Shown here in pieces: positions 29,327 to 38,636 of a stretch of 64,000 nucleotides of DNA (positions are counted from its first letter, which is position 1; each line of letters starts with the position of its first letter). The stretch lies in contig DATMBG010000036.1 of the NCBI GenBank assembly GCA_035559535.1, positions 62,001 to 126,000 of the forward strand. Reading direction: 5' to 3'. A model generated the notes under the pieces. The model was not told the origin of the DNA. It searched no databases and saw only the letters and a program-made list of their open reading frames with translations. The position numbers and the translations under genes are program-made. The stretch comes from Candidatus Limnocylindrales bacterium. Its GTDB lineage: Bacteria > Moduliflexota > Moduliflexia > Moduliflexales > JAUQPW01.

Positions 29327-31015
29327 TCACCGGGAGGAACCTTCTTCCAAGGTCAAGCGTCGTCCTTCTTGTAAAAGCTGGGCGATGGCCTCTGCCGACA
29401 GGGGTCGACTAAAATAGTAACCCTGGATCTCGTCACATCGGTAAGAACGTAACACCGATAATTGCTCCTGGGTTTCCACCCCTTCTGCAATCACTTTCAA
29501 ATTCAAAGTTTGGGCTATGGCAATAATCGCAGCCGTAATGGCTACATCATCCTGGTCAACCGGAAGATCTCGTACAAAGGATTGATCGATCTTCAGGGCA
29601 TCGATGGAAAACCGCTTCAGATAACTTAAGGAAGAATAACCGGTACCAAAATCATCAATGCTCAGAAGGACCCCCCTTTCTTTTAATTTGCGTAAGGTCT
29701 TGGGAGCTATCCCGGCACTCTGCATAATGGTACTCTCGGTCAGTTCTAAAACCAGGTAGCGGGGATCAAGTCCGGTCTCTGTAAGTATCTTATCGGTCAT
29801 TTTGATCAGATCTTTATGCATGAAATGACGGGCGGAGAGGTTTACCGTTACCCGCAGAGGAGGAAAACCGGCTTCTTGCCAGGCCTTGATCTGCCCACAA
29901 GCGGTCCGTAAGATCCATTCACTCAAAGGAATGATGAAATCCGTTTCTTCGGCCAGCGGAATAAATCTCATGGGAGAGATCAGTCCCAGATCCGGGTGCT
30001 GCCACCGTACCAAGGCTTCCACACCGACAATCTGACCCGTATGCAGATCTACCTGAGGTTGATAGTAAATCTTAAATTCTCCTCGCTCTAAAGCCCGATT
30101 TAAGCTGTTTTCTAGAGCTATTCGCTCAAAGGCCCTGGCATTCATTGTCGGCGTGTAGAACTGATAGGTGTTCGGACCCTGTTCTGTGGCCTGGCGTAAA
30201 GCCAGATCGGCATTTCTTAACAGGGTCTGGGCGTCTTCTCCATCATTGGGATAAAGGGCGATACCTATATTTGCTTTGACCTGAAGTTCATGGCCGTTGA
30301 CACGAAAAGAAGGATGGAGGATTTTGAGAACCCTTTGGGCAACGGTGACGGCGTCTCTGACTTGAGCAATACCTAATAACAGGAGCGTAAATTCATCCCC
30401 TCCGGGATAAGCGACCGTATCACTTTCTCGTAAGGAACTGGTTAACCGGCTGGCAACGTCTTTGAGTAACCGATCTCCCAAGGCATGGCCCAGGGTGTCA
30501 ACCGTTCTCTTGAATTCTTGCAGGTTGAGGAACATGATCGCCAACATTTCCTGGTTCCGATGGGCATGGGCTAATACAATATTCAACCGATCTTTAAACA
30601 ACTTCCAACTAGGCAGGTTCGTGATGACATCGTAATAAGCCAGGCGACGAATGGTCTCCTCCTGACGTCGACGTTGGGAAAGATCTTCTTTAACCATAAG
30701 GAAGTGGCTGATGGCACCTTCTGGATCTTTAATCGGTAAGAGGGAAGCAAAGGCCGGATAAGGTTCCCCTTCCTTCTTCTTACCGGAAAGCTCCCCTTCC
30801 CAGGGCCTTCCTGAAGTCAAAACTTCCCAAATGGCTTGATATTGCTCGGGAGATAGTTCCATGAGGTCCCGAAGATTGACCCCCTGGATTTCTTCGGAGG
30901 TATAACCGGTAACCTGGGTGAATATAGAATTAACATATTTCACGTGACCAGTGGCATCGGTGAGCACGATAATAAATGAACCCTGTTCTACCCTTTCTCT
31001 GCCTGTCTGCTCCAT
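29327..31015 (-). CDS. PAS-GGDEF-EAL c-di-GMP turnover protein
   Basis: PAS; GGDEF motif; EALVRW, ELTES, IDDFGTGYSSLSYL, IAEGVET, IQGYYFSRP. Confidence 0.93.
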   Translation of the reverse strand: MEQTGRERVEQGSFIIVLTDATGHVKYVNSIFTQVTGYTSEEIQGVNLRDLMELSPEQYQAIWEVLTSGRPWEGELSGKKKEGEPYPAFASLLPIKDPEGAISHFLMVKEDLSQRRRQEETIRRLAYYDVITNLPSWKLFKDRLNIVLAHAHRNQEMLAIMFLNLQEFKRTVDTLGHALGDRLLKDVASRLTSSLRESDTVAYPGGDEFTLLLLGIAQVRDAVTVAQRVLKILHPSFRVNGHELQVKANIGIALYPNDGEDAQTLLRNADLALRQATEQGPNTYQFYTPTMNARAFERIALENSLNRALERGEFKIYYQPQVDLHTGQIVGVEALVRWQHPDLGLISPMRFIPLAEETDFIIPLSEWILRTACGQIKAWQEAGFPPLRVTVNLSARHFMHKDLIKMTDKILTETGLDPRYLVLELTESTIMQSAGIAPKTLRKLKERGVLLSIDDFGTGYSSLSYLKRFSIDALKIDQSFVRDLPVDQDDVAITAAIIAIAQTLNLKVIAEGVETQEQLSVLRSYRCDEIQGYYFSRPLSAEAIAQLLQEGRRLTLEEGSSR

Positions 31016-31327
31016 AGATAAGCCTGCAGAACCTATCGGAAAAATCCTTCATCAAGGTCTCCTTCCCTGGGGATCTGGATTTTCAGATAGGTCATCCTGC
31101 CGAATCGTTTCCTGCCAATTACTTTCGGATCTTCTTTTTATACCTGAGTTAATATACGTTTGTTAACTAACTGTCAAGAAAAATTATTTATAATAAATGA
31201 AAATTAATAACGGGGTCTGAATCTTTTCTTCTGAGGCTCTTGGAGTTTTTTGTCTGTCTTTACCCGGAAGTCGTCTGAAGAAAGGGGAATTCTTCCCTGA
31301 AAATTCCATCCATCCTGAATAATTTAA

Positions 31328-31356
31328 TTGACAGATGGGGCGAATCTTTTTACCAT
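31328..31356 (+). promoter_or_regulatory. Sigma70-type promoter of ddl
   Basis: TTGACA-17-TACCAT. Confidence 0.6.
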
Positions 31357-31416
31357 CTCCCCCGGTTGGAGGCTGGGGCAGAAAGCATTATATTAAAGTC
31401 AAAGGAGAAAGTAAAA

Positions 31417-32517
31417 ATGAAAAAGATTCGTGTAGGTCTGATTTTTGGAGGCAGGTCCGGGGAGCATGAAGTCTCCTTAGCTTCAGCGGCTTCGGTCCTG
31501 AAGGCTATCGATAAGGAGAAATACGAAGTTGTCCCCATCGGGATTACCCGGGAGGGAAAGTGGATCGTGGGAGGGGATCCGCTCAAAGTTCTTAAAGAGC
31601 ATACCGGGTATTCAGATACCTTACCGGCAACGCTTCTGGTCAATCCAGAAACGAAGGGATTACTCAAGTTAGACCATTCCAAACCGGACCCTACCCATAT
31701 GGATTCGCTGGATGTTATTTTTCCGTTACTCCACGGTACCTATGGGGAGGATGGAACGGTACAAGGATTGTTAGAACTGGCTGATATTCCCTATGTAGGG
31801 GCCGGCGTCTTGGCTTCTGCCGTAGGAATGGATAAAGCCCTTATGAAAAGTGTCTTTCGAGATCACGGTCTTCCCATCGTAAACTTCCTGGTTATCAAAA
31901 GGAAAGATCTGGAGAAAGATCCCGACCCCGTGTGTAAGCAGATTGAAGAACGGTTAGGGTATCCTTGTTTTGTAAAACCTGCCAACTTAGGATCCAGTGT
32001 GGGGGTTTCCAAAGCCAAGGATTTAGCTGATCTCCGTAAAGCTTTAACCCTTGCGGCCCAATATGATCGCAAAATCATCGTGGAACAGGCGATCAACTGC
32101 CGAGAAATAGAGTGCAGCGTCTTAGGAAATGATGATCCCTGGGTTTCGGTTCCCGGTGAAGTCATCCCCCAGGGAGAATTTTATGATTATACCTGCAAAT
32201 ATACCGAGGGGATGATGAAATTTATCATTCCCGCACCACTTTCCCCGGCCACGCAAGAAGAAATTCAACAGATTGCAATTCGGGCTTATCTGGCCATTGA
32301 CTGTGCCGGGATGGCTCGGGTAGATTTTTTTATTGATAAGGAGACAGGAAAGGTCTATCTAAATGAGATTAACACCATACCCGGTTTCACCGAGATGAGT
32401 GCTTATCCTAAATTATGGGAAGCCAGCGGGATCAGTTATCCTGAACTTATCGACCGACTGATCCAACTTGCCATTGAGCGCCATAAGGATAAGAGCCGAC
32501 GTATCTTTAACCGTTAA
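31417..32517 (+). CDS. ddl: D-alanine--D-alanine ligase
   Basis: GGRSGEHEVSLAS, LHGTYGEDGTVQG, FVKPANLGSSVG, NEINTIPGFT; start at ATG after AGGAG. Confidence 0.95.
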   Translation: MKKIRVGLIFGGRSGEHEVSLASAASVLKAIDKEKYEVVPIGITREGKWIVGGDPLKVLKEHTGYSDTLPATLLVNPETKGLLKLDHSKPDPTHMDSLDVIFPLLHGTYGEDGTVQGLLELADIPYVGAGVLASAVGMDKALMKSVFRDHGLPIVNFLVIKRKDLEKDPDPVCKQIEERLGYPCFVKPANLGSSVGVSKAKDLADLRKALTLAAQYDRKIIVEQAINCREIECSVLGNDDPWVSVPGEVIPQGEFYDYTCKYTEGMMKFIIPAPLSPATQEEIQQIAIRAYLAIDCAGMARVDFFIDKETGKVYLNEINTIPGFTEMSAYPKLWEASGISYPELIDRLIQLAIERHKDKSRRIFNR

Positions 32518-32541
32518 AGTTTTCACGAAGGAGATTTTTTC

Positions 32542-33030
32542 ATGACCCACGCCATCTTAACTCTACTGGTAGGTAGTATTGGAGGGTATCTAGGTTTACG
32601 TTTTAATCTCCCTTCCGGAATCATGATGGGAGCTTTAATAGCAGTAGCCATTTTTAAACTCACCGTTATGGAAGTAGGTCGATTTCCGGCTCCTTTGGAT
32701 TTCTTTATTCAGGTAGCGGTAGGAAGTGCCATCGGCTTATCTGTAACCCCCCGACTTCTTAAAGACATACGGGCAAATTGGTTTCTGGTTTTCTTTTCCT
32801 CGGCTCTTTTAATCGCTTTAGGCCTTTTGGTGGGTCTTATTCTGGCTAAGTTTAAAGGTATGGATCTGATTACAGCTCTTCTCAGCACGATGCCAGGTGG
32901 AATTGCCTCTTTAGGTGTTGTTGCCGTTAAAAGCGGGGCCAACGCTTCCATCGTGGCCCTGTTTCATTTTGTGAGACTTCTCTGTATTTTATTCTTTGCG
33001 TCTTTTCTGGTAAAATGGCTGGAGGGTTAA
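32542..33030 (+). CDS. AbrB-family membrane protein (single repeat)
   Basis: PSGIMMGAL, QVAVGSAIG, TALLSTMPGGI, VALFHFVR. Confidence 0.8.
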   Translation: MTHAILTLLVGSIGGYLGLRFNLPSGIMMGALIAVAIFKLTVMEVGRFPAPLDFFIQVAVGSAIGLSVTPRLLKDIRANWFLVFFSSALLIALGLLVGLILAKFKGMDLITALLSTMPGGIASLGVVAVKSGANASIVALFHFVRLLCILFFASFLVKWLEG

Positions 33031-33410
33031 TCAGATTTCGTTTTTTGAAGTAAGTTCTGGACGTGGGTCAGGAGTTTTTGGGAAGAAACCGGCTTGAGTA
33101 AAAAGAGATCAGCCCCGGCCTGATAGACTTCTTCCTCTTCCAGATCGCTGGCGCTGGAGACAATAACCGGAATATCTTTCAACTCTGGATCCTGTTTGAC
33201 ATACTGGCAAATCTCAATGCCACTGATATCTGGAAAACGAATATCCGTTAAGATCAGGCTCGGTTTATATTCTTTAGCCTTTGCCAGTCCGGTCATTCCA
33301 TCATCGGCAATAATGACCTCAAACCCCTGCTGCTTGAAAATCTCCTCTTGAACTTCCAACACTTCCTTACGGTCTTCAATGATTAAAATCTTTTCCAGTT
33401 TACCAAACAT
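33027..33410 (-). CDS. Single-domain response regulator
   Basis: ILIIEDR, LILTDIRFPDISG, GADLFLLKP; ATG at 33410 chosen over 33431. Confidence 0.85.
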   Translation of the reverse strand: MFGKLEKILIIEDRKEVLEVQEEIFKQQGFEVIIADDGMTGLAKAKEYKPSLILTDIRFPDISGIEICQYVKQDPELKDIPVIVSSASDLEEEEVYQAGADLFLLKPVSSQKLLTHVQNLLQKTKSD

Positions 33411-33478
33411 GCCGTCCTTTCTTTTATTCAACTCTTTCAGAATATTTTCTCTATTTTAATTAAAGATAATCTTATAAA

Positions 33479-33507
33479 AGAATAAACACTTTACCCCTAC
33501 CTGTCAA
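33479..33507 (-). promoter_or_regulatory. Sigma70-type promoter of the response regulator
   Basis: TTGACA-17-TATTCT on the minus strand. Confidence 0.6.
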
Positions 33508-33511
33508 GTTT

Positions 33512-33735
33512 GTATCCGTATCCATTTAGTAGGTGGAAAAAGCCACACCTCCCTGGCCCCATATGGGTCAGGATAAGAAGGTTGACTCCGGTGGGGCAAC
33601 CTGTGGATAGCCCCTGGCTTACGCCAGGGGAGACAGGATCATAGGATCCTCTAAGCTCCAGGTCTGATCCTTAGCTTGATGCGTATAAGGTTGCTCCTAC
33701 CCAGGATCCAGCCCCTTCAGAGGGGATGGATAAGA
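33512..33735. repeat. Partial MITE M1 end (33512-33549) followed by nested REP-like repeats
   Basis: GTATCCGTATCCATTTAGTAGGTGGAAAAAG identical to the reverse complement of the M1 right end; ggatagcccctggc segment is inverted-similar to 14093-14136. Confidence 0.75.
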
Positions 33736-33741
33736 GGCGAC

Positions 33742-34770
33742 CTATCCCAGCATCAAGCTCAATAGGGCCATCCTTACGCTCACTCCGTTCCTCACCTGCC
33801 GAAAATAAGCTGCCTGGGGGAGTTCATCGACCTCAGGTGAAAGCTCTTCGCGTCGAACCATGGGATGCAAAATTATAAGATTGCTTTGGCCCTTCTGGAC
33901 CAACTTTCGATCGATGACGTAATACTTCTTCTTCAACTGTTCCACCTGATGTGGATCTGAGATTCGATGATGCTGGAGCATTACCACATAGAGAATATCA
34001 ACGTCTCCGATAACACTCTCCAGATCCGGAGTTTCCACATAGTTCAGGTTTTGTTCTTCTAATTTCTTTAAAAAAGGTTCCGGGACTTTGAGTTCCGGCG
34101 GGGAAACTAGTTTGAGATCTACTTTAAATTTTGCCAGTCCCTTCAAAAGAGAATGAACCACACGGGCATGCCTGAGATCTCCCACGATGGCTATCTTTAA
34201 TCCATCGATGGAACCCTTCTCCTTTTGAATCGTGTAAAGATCTAAGAGTGCCTGGGTCGGGTGTTCATCGCAGCCATCCCCGGCATTGATAATGGGAACA
34301 GAAGAGTACCGGCAGGCTAATCCAAGGGCTTCTTCTGAAGGATGGCGCAGAATAATGACGTTGGCATACGCTCCCAGGACCCGGATTGTATCTTCCAAGG
34401 ATTCTCCTTTAGAAAGGGAGAGGTTTTCGACATCGGGTAATTTTAACACCTGTCCTCCAAGCCGTAGCATGGCAACCTCAAAACTAAGTCGTGTCCTTGT
34501 GCTCGGCTCAAAGAAAAGAGAGGCCAGGACCATTTGGGAGAATTTCTCCCTATCCACAGGAAAAAGGTTTGTTTCAAGTTCTTGCGTTCTCTTGAAAATA
34601 AGTTCTATATCTTCCCGTTGGAATTGGTCCATGCTGACCAGGTGGGAAGTTTCCCATGAAAACGGTTTTAAAGTCATGGTCTTATCTACGATAAATTTTC
34701 TTAGCGTGATCGATCGGAAAGTCCTGATCCGACAGGGTTCTAAACCAGGGGGCTGAACCCCTTTTGTCAT
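33742..34770 (-). CDS. pyrB: Aspartate carbamoyltransferase-like protein with substituted aspartate-binding residues; start may be 34677
   Basis: FFEPSTRTRLSFE, KGESLEDT, INAGDG..EHPTQALLDL, YFRQVRNG; but LYVVMLQHHR and HPMV replace LYMTRVQKER and HPLP. Confidence 0.75.
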   Translation of the reverse strand: MTKGVQPPGLEPCRIRTFRSITLRKFIVDKTMTLKPFSWETSHLVSMDQFQREDIELIFKRTQELETNLFPVDREKFSQMVLASLFFEPSTRTRLSFEVAMLRLGGQVLKLPDVENLSLSKGESLEDTIRVLGAYANVIILRHPSEEALGLACRYSSVPIINAGDGCDEHPTQALLDLYTIQKEKGSIDGLKIAIVGDLRHARVVHSLLKGLAKFKVDLKLVSPPELKVPEPFLKKLEEQNLNYVETPDLESVIGDVDILYVVMLQHHRISDPHQVEQLKKKYYVIDRKLVQKGQSNLIILHPMVRREELSPEVDELPQAAYFRQVRNGVSVRMALLSLMLG

Positions 34771-34820
34771 CTTCCTCTGCTTTCCACTGGTCGATCCGGA
34801 ATAAAAGGATTCTCCCTGTT

Positions 34821-36143
34821 CTATGGGGGTTGATTTTTGGAATTTTGAAGAGCCCGCAGTTTTTCCAGTAGAGCATAAGCCTTCTTTTGATAATCCCTGG
34901 CTTTTGGATTGTCTGGATTGAGGGCAAGCACCTTATCCCACTCGGCAATGGCTTTTTCCAGCTCCTGATCGTTGAAATACTGAATTCCCTGGTTTAAATG
35001 GAAGGCGATCTGCTTTTGCAGAGCTTCTCGGGTTTCCTCTAAATAAGCCTGGGCTTGAGGATGATGGGGGTCTAAGTTTAAGATTTTTTCAAACTCTGCA
35101 ATGGCCTCGGCATATTCTCCCTGTTCTTTATAGGAACGACCTCTTTCCAGGATCCTTTGAATCTGTTCCGAAAGATCGGGTGTCTTCGGACTCTCTTCTT
35201 TCATTGGGTTTTCCTCTTTGGGCATCGGTTCCTCTTTTGCCATGGTTTCCACAGGTGATTCCTGTACGCCCCGGCGGGATTCCTCTTTCAAGGCGACCGC
35301 CTTAAAATCCTGGAAGGAAGGGATGTGAAGGATTTCTCCCGGCCTCACCGGAGAGGTTACCCGAAGATGGTTAAAGTCTGCCAGAATTTTTACATCCTCG
35401 GCCTTCCCCATTTGGGTTTTGGCGATACCGGTCAGGGTATCTCCTTTTTTAACTCTATAGGGAACCGATTGGACCTTAGAAATAGCCTCCAGATATTGAG
35501 CTGCGTCGGGGTTATTGGGGTTAAGGCTTAAGGCTTTTTCAAATTCCCGTTTAGCCGCATTTAAAAGCTTTTGCCTGTAAAGCTCGACCCCTCGACGGTA
35601 AAAAACCTGATCATTGGAGTTCTCGATCCAATCTGTTTCCTTGAGACGTTGCCGGGCTTGAGTGTGGGAAGGATCCAGACGAAGAACTTTCTTCCACTGG
35701 GCTCTGGCGTTTTGATAATCTTTATTTTTAAAAAAATCCTCCCCCGACCGAAAAGCCCGTTCCATTAAGGCCTGCTTTTTGGCGGTGAGTTGAGTGATCT
35801 TCTGAGAGAGCTGATTTTTCTGGTAGGGTGCGACTTGAATTGCCTTTTCATACATCTCCATAGCCCCGCGTAAATCTTCCGCTTTTTCCAGCCGTTCTCC
35901 TCTACGAAGATACTGGGTATACAGGGTATCTTTTTGATCTAATTCTCGCTTTGTCTGACTGATTTTGAGCTGAGCCTGCAGGTAATTTTTATCCTGGGGA
36001 GGTACCTTTTCCCACTGGTAGATCGCTTCAAGGTATCTCCCCGAGTTGTAAAGGATCTGACCTTTCTGGAAAGGAGAATCGCCGGCACATCCAACAGGAA
36101 GAAGAGAAAAGCTGACTAAAAGAAGTCTATAAAATTTAGCCAT
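34821..36143 (-). CDS. TPR + LysM lipoprotein
   Basis: Lipobox-like LPVG-C after MAKFYRLLL; multiple TPRs; LysM YRVKKGDTLTGIA...PGEILHIP. Confidence 0.85.
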   Translation of the reverse strand: MAKFYRLLLVSFSLLPVGCAGDSPFQKGQILYNSGRYLEAIYQWEKVPPQDKNYLQAQLKISQTKRELDQKDTLYTQYLRRGERLEKAEDLRGAMEMYEKAIQVAPYQKNQLSQKITQLTAKKQALMERAFRSGEDFFKNKDYQNARAQWKKVLRLDPSHTQARQRLKETDWIENSNDQVFYRRGVELYRQKLLNAAKREFEKALSLNPNNPDAAQYLEAISKVQSVPYRVKKGDTLTGIAKTQMGKAEDVKILADFNHLRVTSPVRPGEILHIPSFQDFKAVALKEESRRGVQESPVETMAKEEPMPKEENPMKEESPKTPDLSEQIQRILERGRSYKEQGEYAEAIAEFEKILNLDPHHPQAQAYLEETREALQKQIAFHLNQGIQYFNDQELEKAIAEWDKVLALNPDNPKARDYQKKAYALLEKLRALQNSKNQPP

Positions 36144-36174
36144 ATCTGTTCCCGAATAGCCAGGCGGAGTCCCT

Positions 36175-36633
36175 TTAAACATCGGGACCATGCCGTTGTT
36201 TAGGCTTAAGGTATTTTATCATGGTAAGTTGGTTGTAACCCCAGGGGTCTGAGGTATAGTTGATCTCATCCATCAGGGATTGAAGCAGAAATAATCCCAG
36301 GCCGCCATCTCTTTTCTCTGTAATAAGTTTTGGAAGGTCCGGCGGCTTTATGGCGCCGGGGTTAAACGTCTTTCCATAATCTTTAACCGAGACCACTAAC
36401 CTGGAAGGGGTTACTTCCAGGCAGATCTGAATAGGTTTGCTTTCTTTCTCTCCTTCATAGGCGTGTTCAATAACATTGGCACAGGCTTCATCCACCGCCG
36501 TTTCAACCTTATAAAGTTCTTCTTCGGCCAATCCGGCTTCCGAAGCAACCTTAGATATCAGGGATCGAATCTGAATCAGATAATCGGTTTCACCGGGTAT
36601 GCTGAATACAATTCTTCTGCCTTCCTGCTTCAT
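36175..36633 (-). CDS. Anti-sigma factor / serine kinase (RsbW/SpoIIAB family)
   Basis: AVDEACANVIEHAY, VKDYG, GGLGLFLLQSLMDE. Confidence 0.9.
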   Translation of the reverse strand: MKQEGRRIVFSIPGETDYLIQIRSLISKVASEAGLAEEELYKVETAVDEACANVIEHAYEGEKESKPIQICLEVTPSRLVVSVKDYGKTFNPGAIKPPDLPKLITEKRDGGLGLFLLQSLMDEINYTSDPWGYNQLTMIKYLKPKQRHGPDV

Positions 36634-36738
36634 CTTTGAACGTAAAACCTGAAACGTAAAAGCTAAAACGAGATATCGGCATTTTGAGCCTTACCTTTGG
36701 GATTCCCTGGAGAGGCCCTCGGCTTCACGTCTTAGGTT

Positions 36739-37098
36739 TCATTCCTTAGTAAAGGCCAGGATGGCTTCTTCTTCTTGATTTAGCGTGGTAAAAATCTCGG
36801 TAAATCCCAAGAGATCAAACACCTTGAAGATCTTAGGCGGTATCCGGATGAGAATGATATCTCCGCGATTGTCTCGAATATCTCCAATGACACTCATAAA
36901 AACTCCTAATCCGGCACTACTAATGTAAGAAAGCTCCTCCAGATCCACAATCATTTTGTAGAGGCCTTTTTCTATCAGAGATTGCACAACCTCTTCCATT
37001 TCTGGAACCGTATGGGCATCTAAAAAGCCACTCACTTTTATTTTGACAATGTCCTTGTGAGGACCGACCACCTCAGTAGAAATTCTCAGTTTCTGCAT
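36739..37098 (-). CDS. Anti-sigma factor antagonist (STAS; RsbV/SpoIIAA family)
   Basis: GFLDAHT, LSYISSAGLG phospho-Ser motif, VFDLLG. Confidence 0.9.
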   Translation of the reverse strand: MQKLRISTEVVGPHKDIVKIKVSGFLDAHTVPEMEEVVQSLIEKGLYKMIVDLEELSYISSAGLGVFMSVIGDIRDNRGDIILIRIPPKIFKVFDLLGFTEIFTTLNQEEEAILAFTKE

Positions 37099-37497
37099 TA
37101 TGCAAAGTTCTGGGTTTTAGGTTCAAGAAGTAAGAAGCAAGAATGAGAAAGCAGGGAATTCTTACTTTTACTTCCTGGCTAAAGCACCGTCAGGTTTTTA
37201 GCTATAGAAACCTCGAGTCTGCCTTGGATGGATCTCCAGGCATTTTGCTCCTGCGTCAGGATCATAACACCGGCTTCTAATTCTAACAAAGATCGGATTT
37301 AAGGTTTTTTCTGGGCAACCAAAAACCGGAAGGCTTTTCAGAGCCTCCCTGGGTAGAAGGGAGGATGATTTTGACTCCCGGTAAACCTTCAAAACCCTTG
37401 AGGGGCTGCAAACCTTATGGAGAAGTTCTTTACCTTTTAGTTGTTTGTTCGTCATTCTTGTAACTCCTGGGGAGTTGTAAACCCCACGAAGAATTCT

Positions 37498-37683
37498 TTA
37501 CCCTAAGAGATCGTAAATCGCATAAATAAGGGTAATCATAACGGCAAAGGCGAAGATAGCCTGCCATAAAGTTGCATGGATAATCACCCCCACAAAAATC
37601 CTTGTAATTTTTAATACCGAGATAAGTAAAACGATGAGAATAACCAGAAATAAAATTTGTTGCTTGGTCAAGATTTGGTTCAC
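37498..37683 (-). CDS. Small two-TM membrane protein
   Basis: 61-aa strongly hydrophobic ORF with upstream AGGTGG, co-oriented with DUF350. Confidence 0.55.
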   Translation of the reverse strand: MNQILTKQQILFLVILIVLLISVLKITRIFVGVIIHATLWQAIFAFAVMITLIYAIYDLLG

Positions 37684-37744
37684 CCACCTGGTAGAATCCT
37701 TACCTGTAAAGGTTCAGGCAAGTCCACACCTCCTTTATTTTGTT

Positions 37745-37969
37745 TTATTTTGGCATCACAATTTGAGGAGCTGGCATGATTGTTGCTGCAATAATAATAG
37801 AAATACCGATGATCATACCGGCAATGACAATGCCGACGGCAATATTTTGATCTTCCTCCAGCTCTTTGGTTAAATCAAAGGGAACGATGAGATCGTAGAC
37901 CTTATAGGCCAGGATGAACAACAGAATTCCTAATAAGGCAGAGAAGACACTTGCAATAAAGGCTCCCAT
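37745..37969 (-). CDS. DUF350 family small membrane protein
   Basis: YKVYDLIVPFDLTKELEEDQNIAVGIVIAGMIIGISIIIAA. Confidence 0.85.
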   Translation of the reverse strand: MGAFIASVFSALLGILLFILAYKVYDLIVPFDLTKELEEDQNIAVGIVIAGMIIGISIIIAATIMPAPQIVMPK

Positions 37970-38482
37970 ATCAGGTAAGCGTAGCGATCAGCCTTTAGGG
38001 AATAAGACGTAAATCGTAAAAAACTAGAGACTCTTTGTTAGGAGGTTGATGCTTTAAGAATTACGTTTTACGTTTTATGCTGATAGCTAGCCGTTTACAG
38101 TATTTTCAGTTTCACGAGTTTTTACAAGGATGATCTAATGAGGATTTCCTCAAGCAAGATCCTCATATAGAGCAAGGCAGCTATAGAGAGCGGTCTGTAC
38201 AGGAAAAATGGACCGTATTGCTACCACCGTTCCGATTCAAGACTTAGGTAAGTGTTTACGGTATCAACTAATACAGGCCTCGTCAAGAGAAAAATATCGT
38301 CTTCTCCTTAGCCTTACAGGGTGTTATTTTTAGGTGAGTTCTTCGACCAGGTATGTGGGATCTGTTCGTAGCAGGCCAGGGATCCTGGATTCCGAGTGGG
38401 AATCTGGTTTGTTACAATTTCAGGATAATCAAAAACCAACATTTTCGGGTTTTCATAACTCTTTTCAGATTCGTTTTTAGAC

Positions 38483-38510
38483 TTGACATGAGGGAAAAAG
38501 ATGCTAATAT
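38483..38510 (+). promoter_or_regulatory. Sigma70-type promoter of the proteasome operon
   Basis: TTGACA-16-TAATAT with extended TGn. Confidence 0.6.
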
Positions 38511-38636
38511 ATCACTATAGATACTAGCAGGATCGGACTGTCAGAAGTTCACCTGTAAAAGCTTGATTTTATAAGACGAAAGAAGTTTTCCCCAAAAGGT
38601 AACTTCCTTCAATAAACTTTAAGAGGTGAGTAAGGT

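Noticed and set aside
37970-38480. Long intergenic region checked for a riboswitch or sRNA
   Set aside because: Only short hairpins and heptamer repeats; no aptamer consensus recognised by eye. A covariance-model (Rfam) scan would be needed
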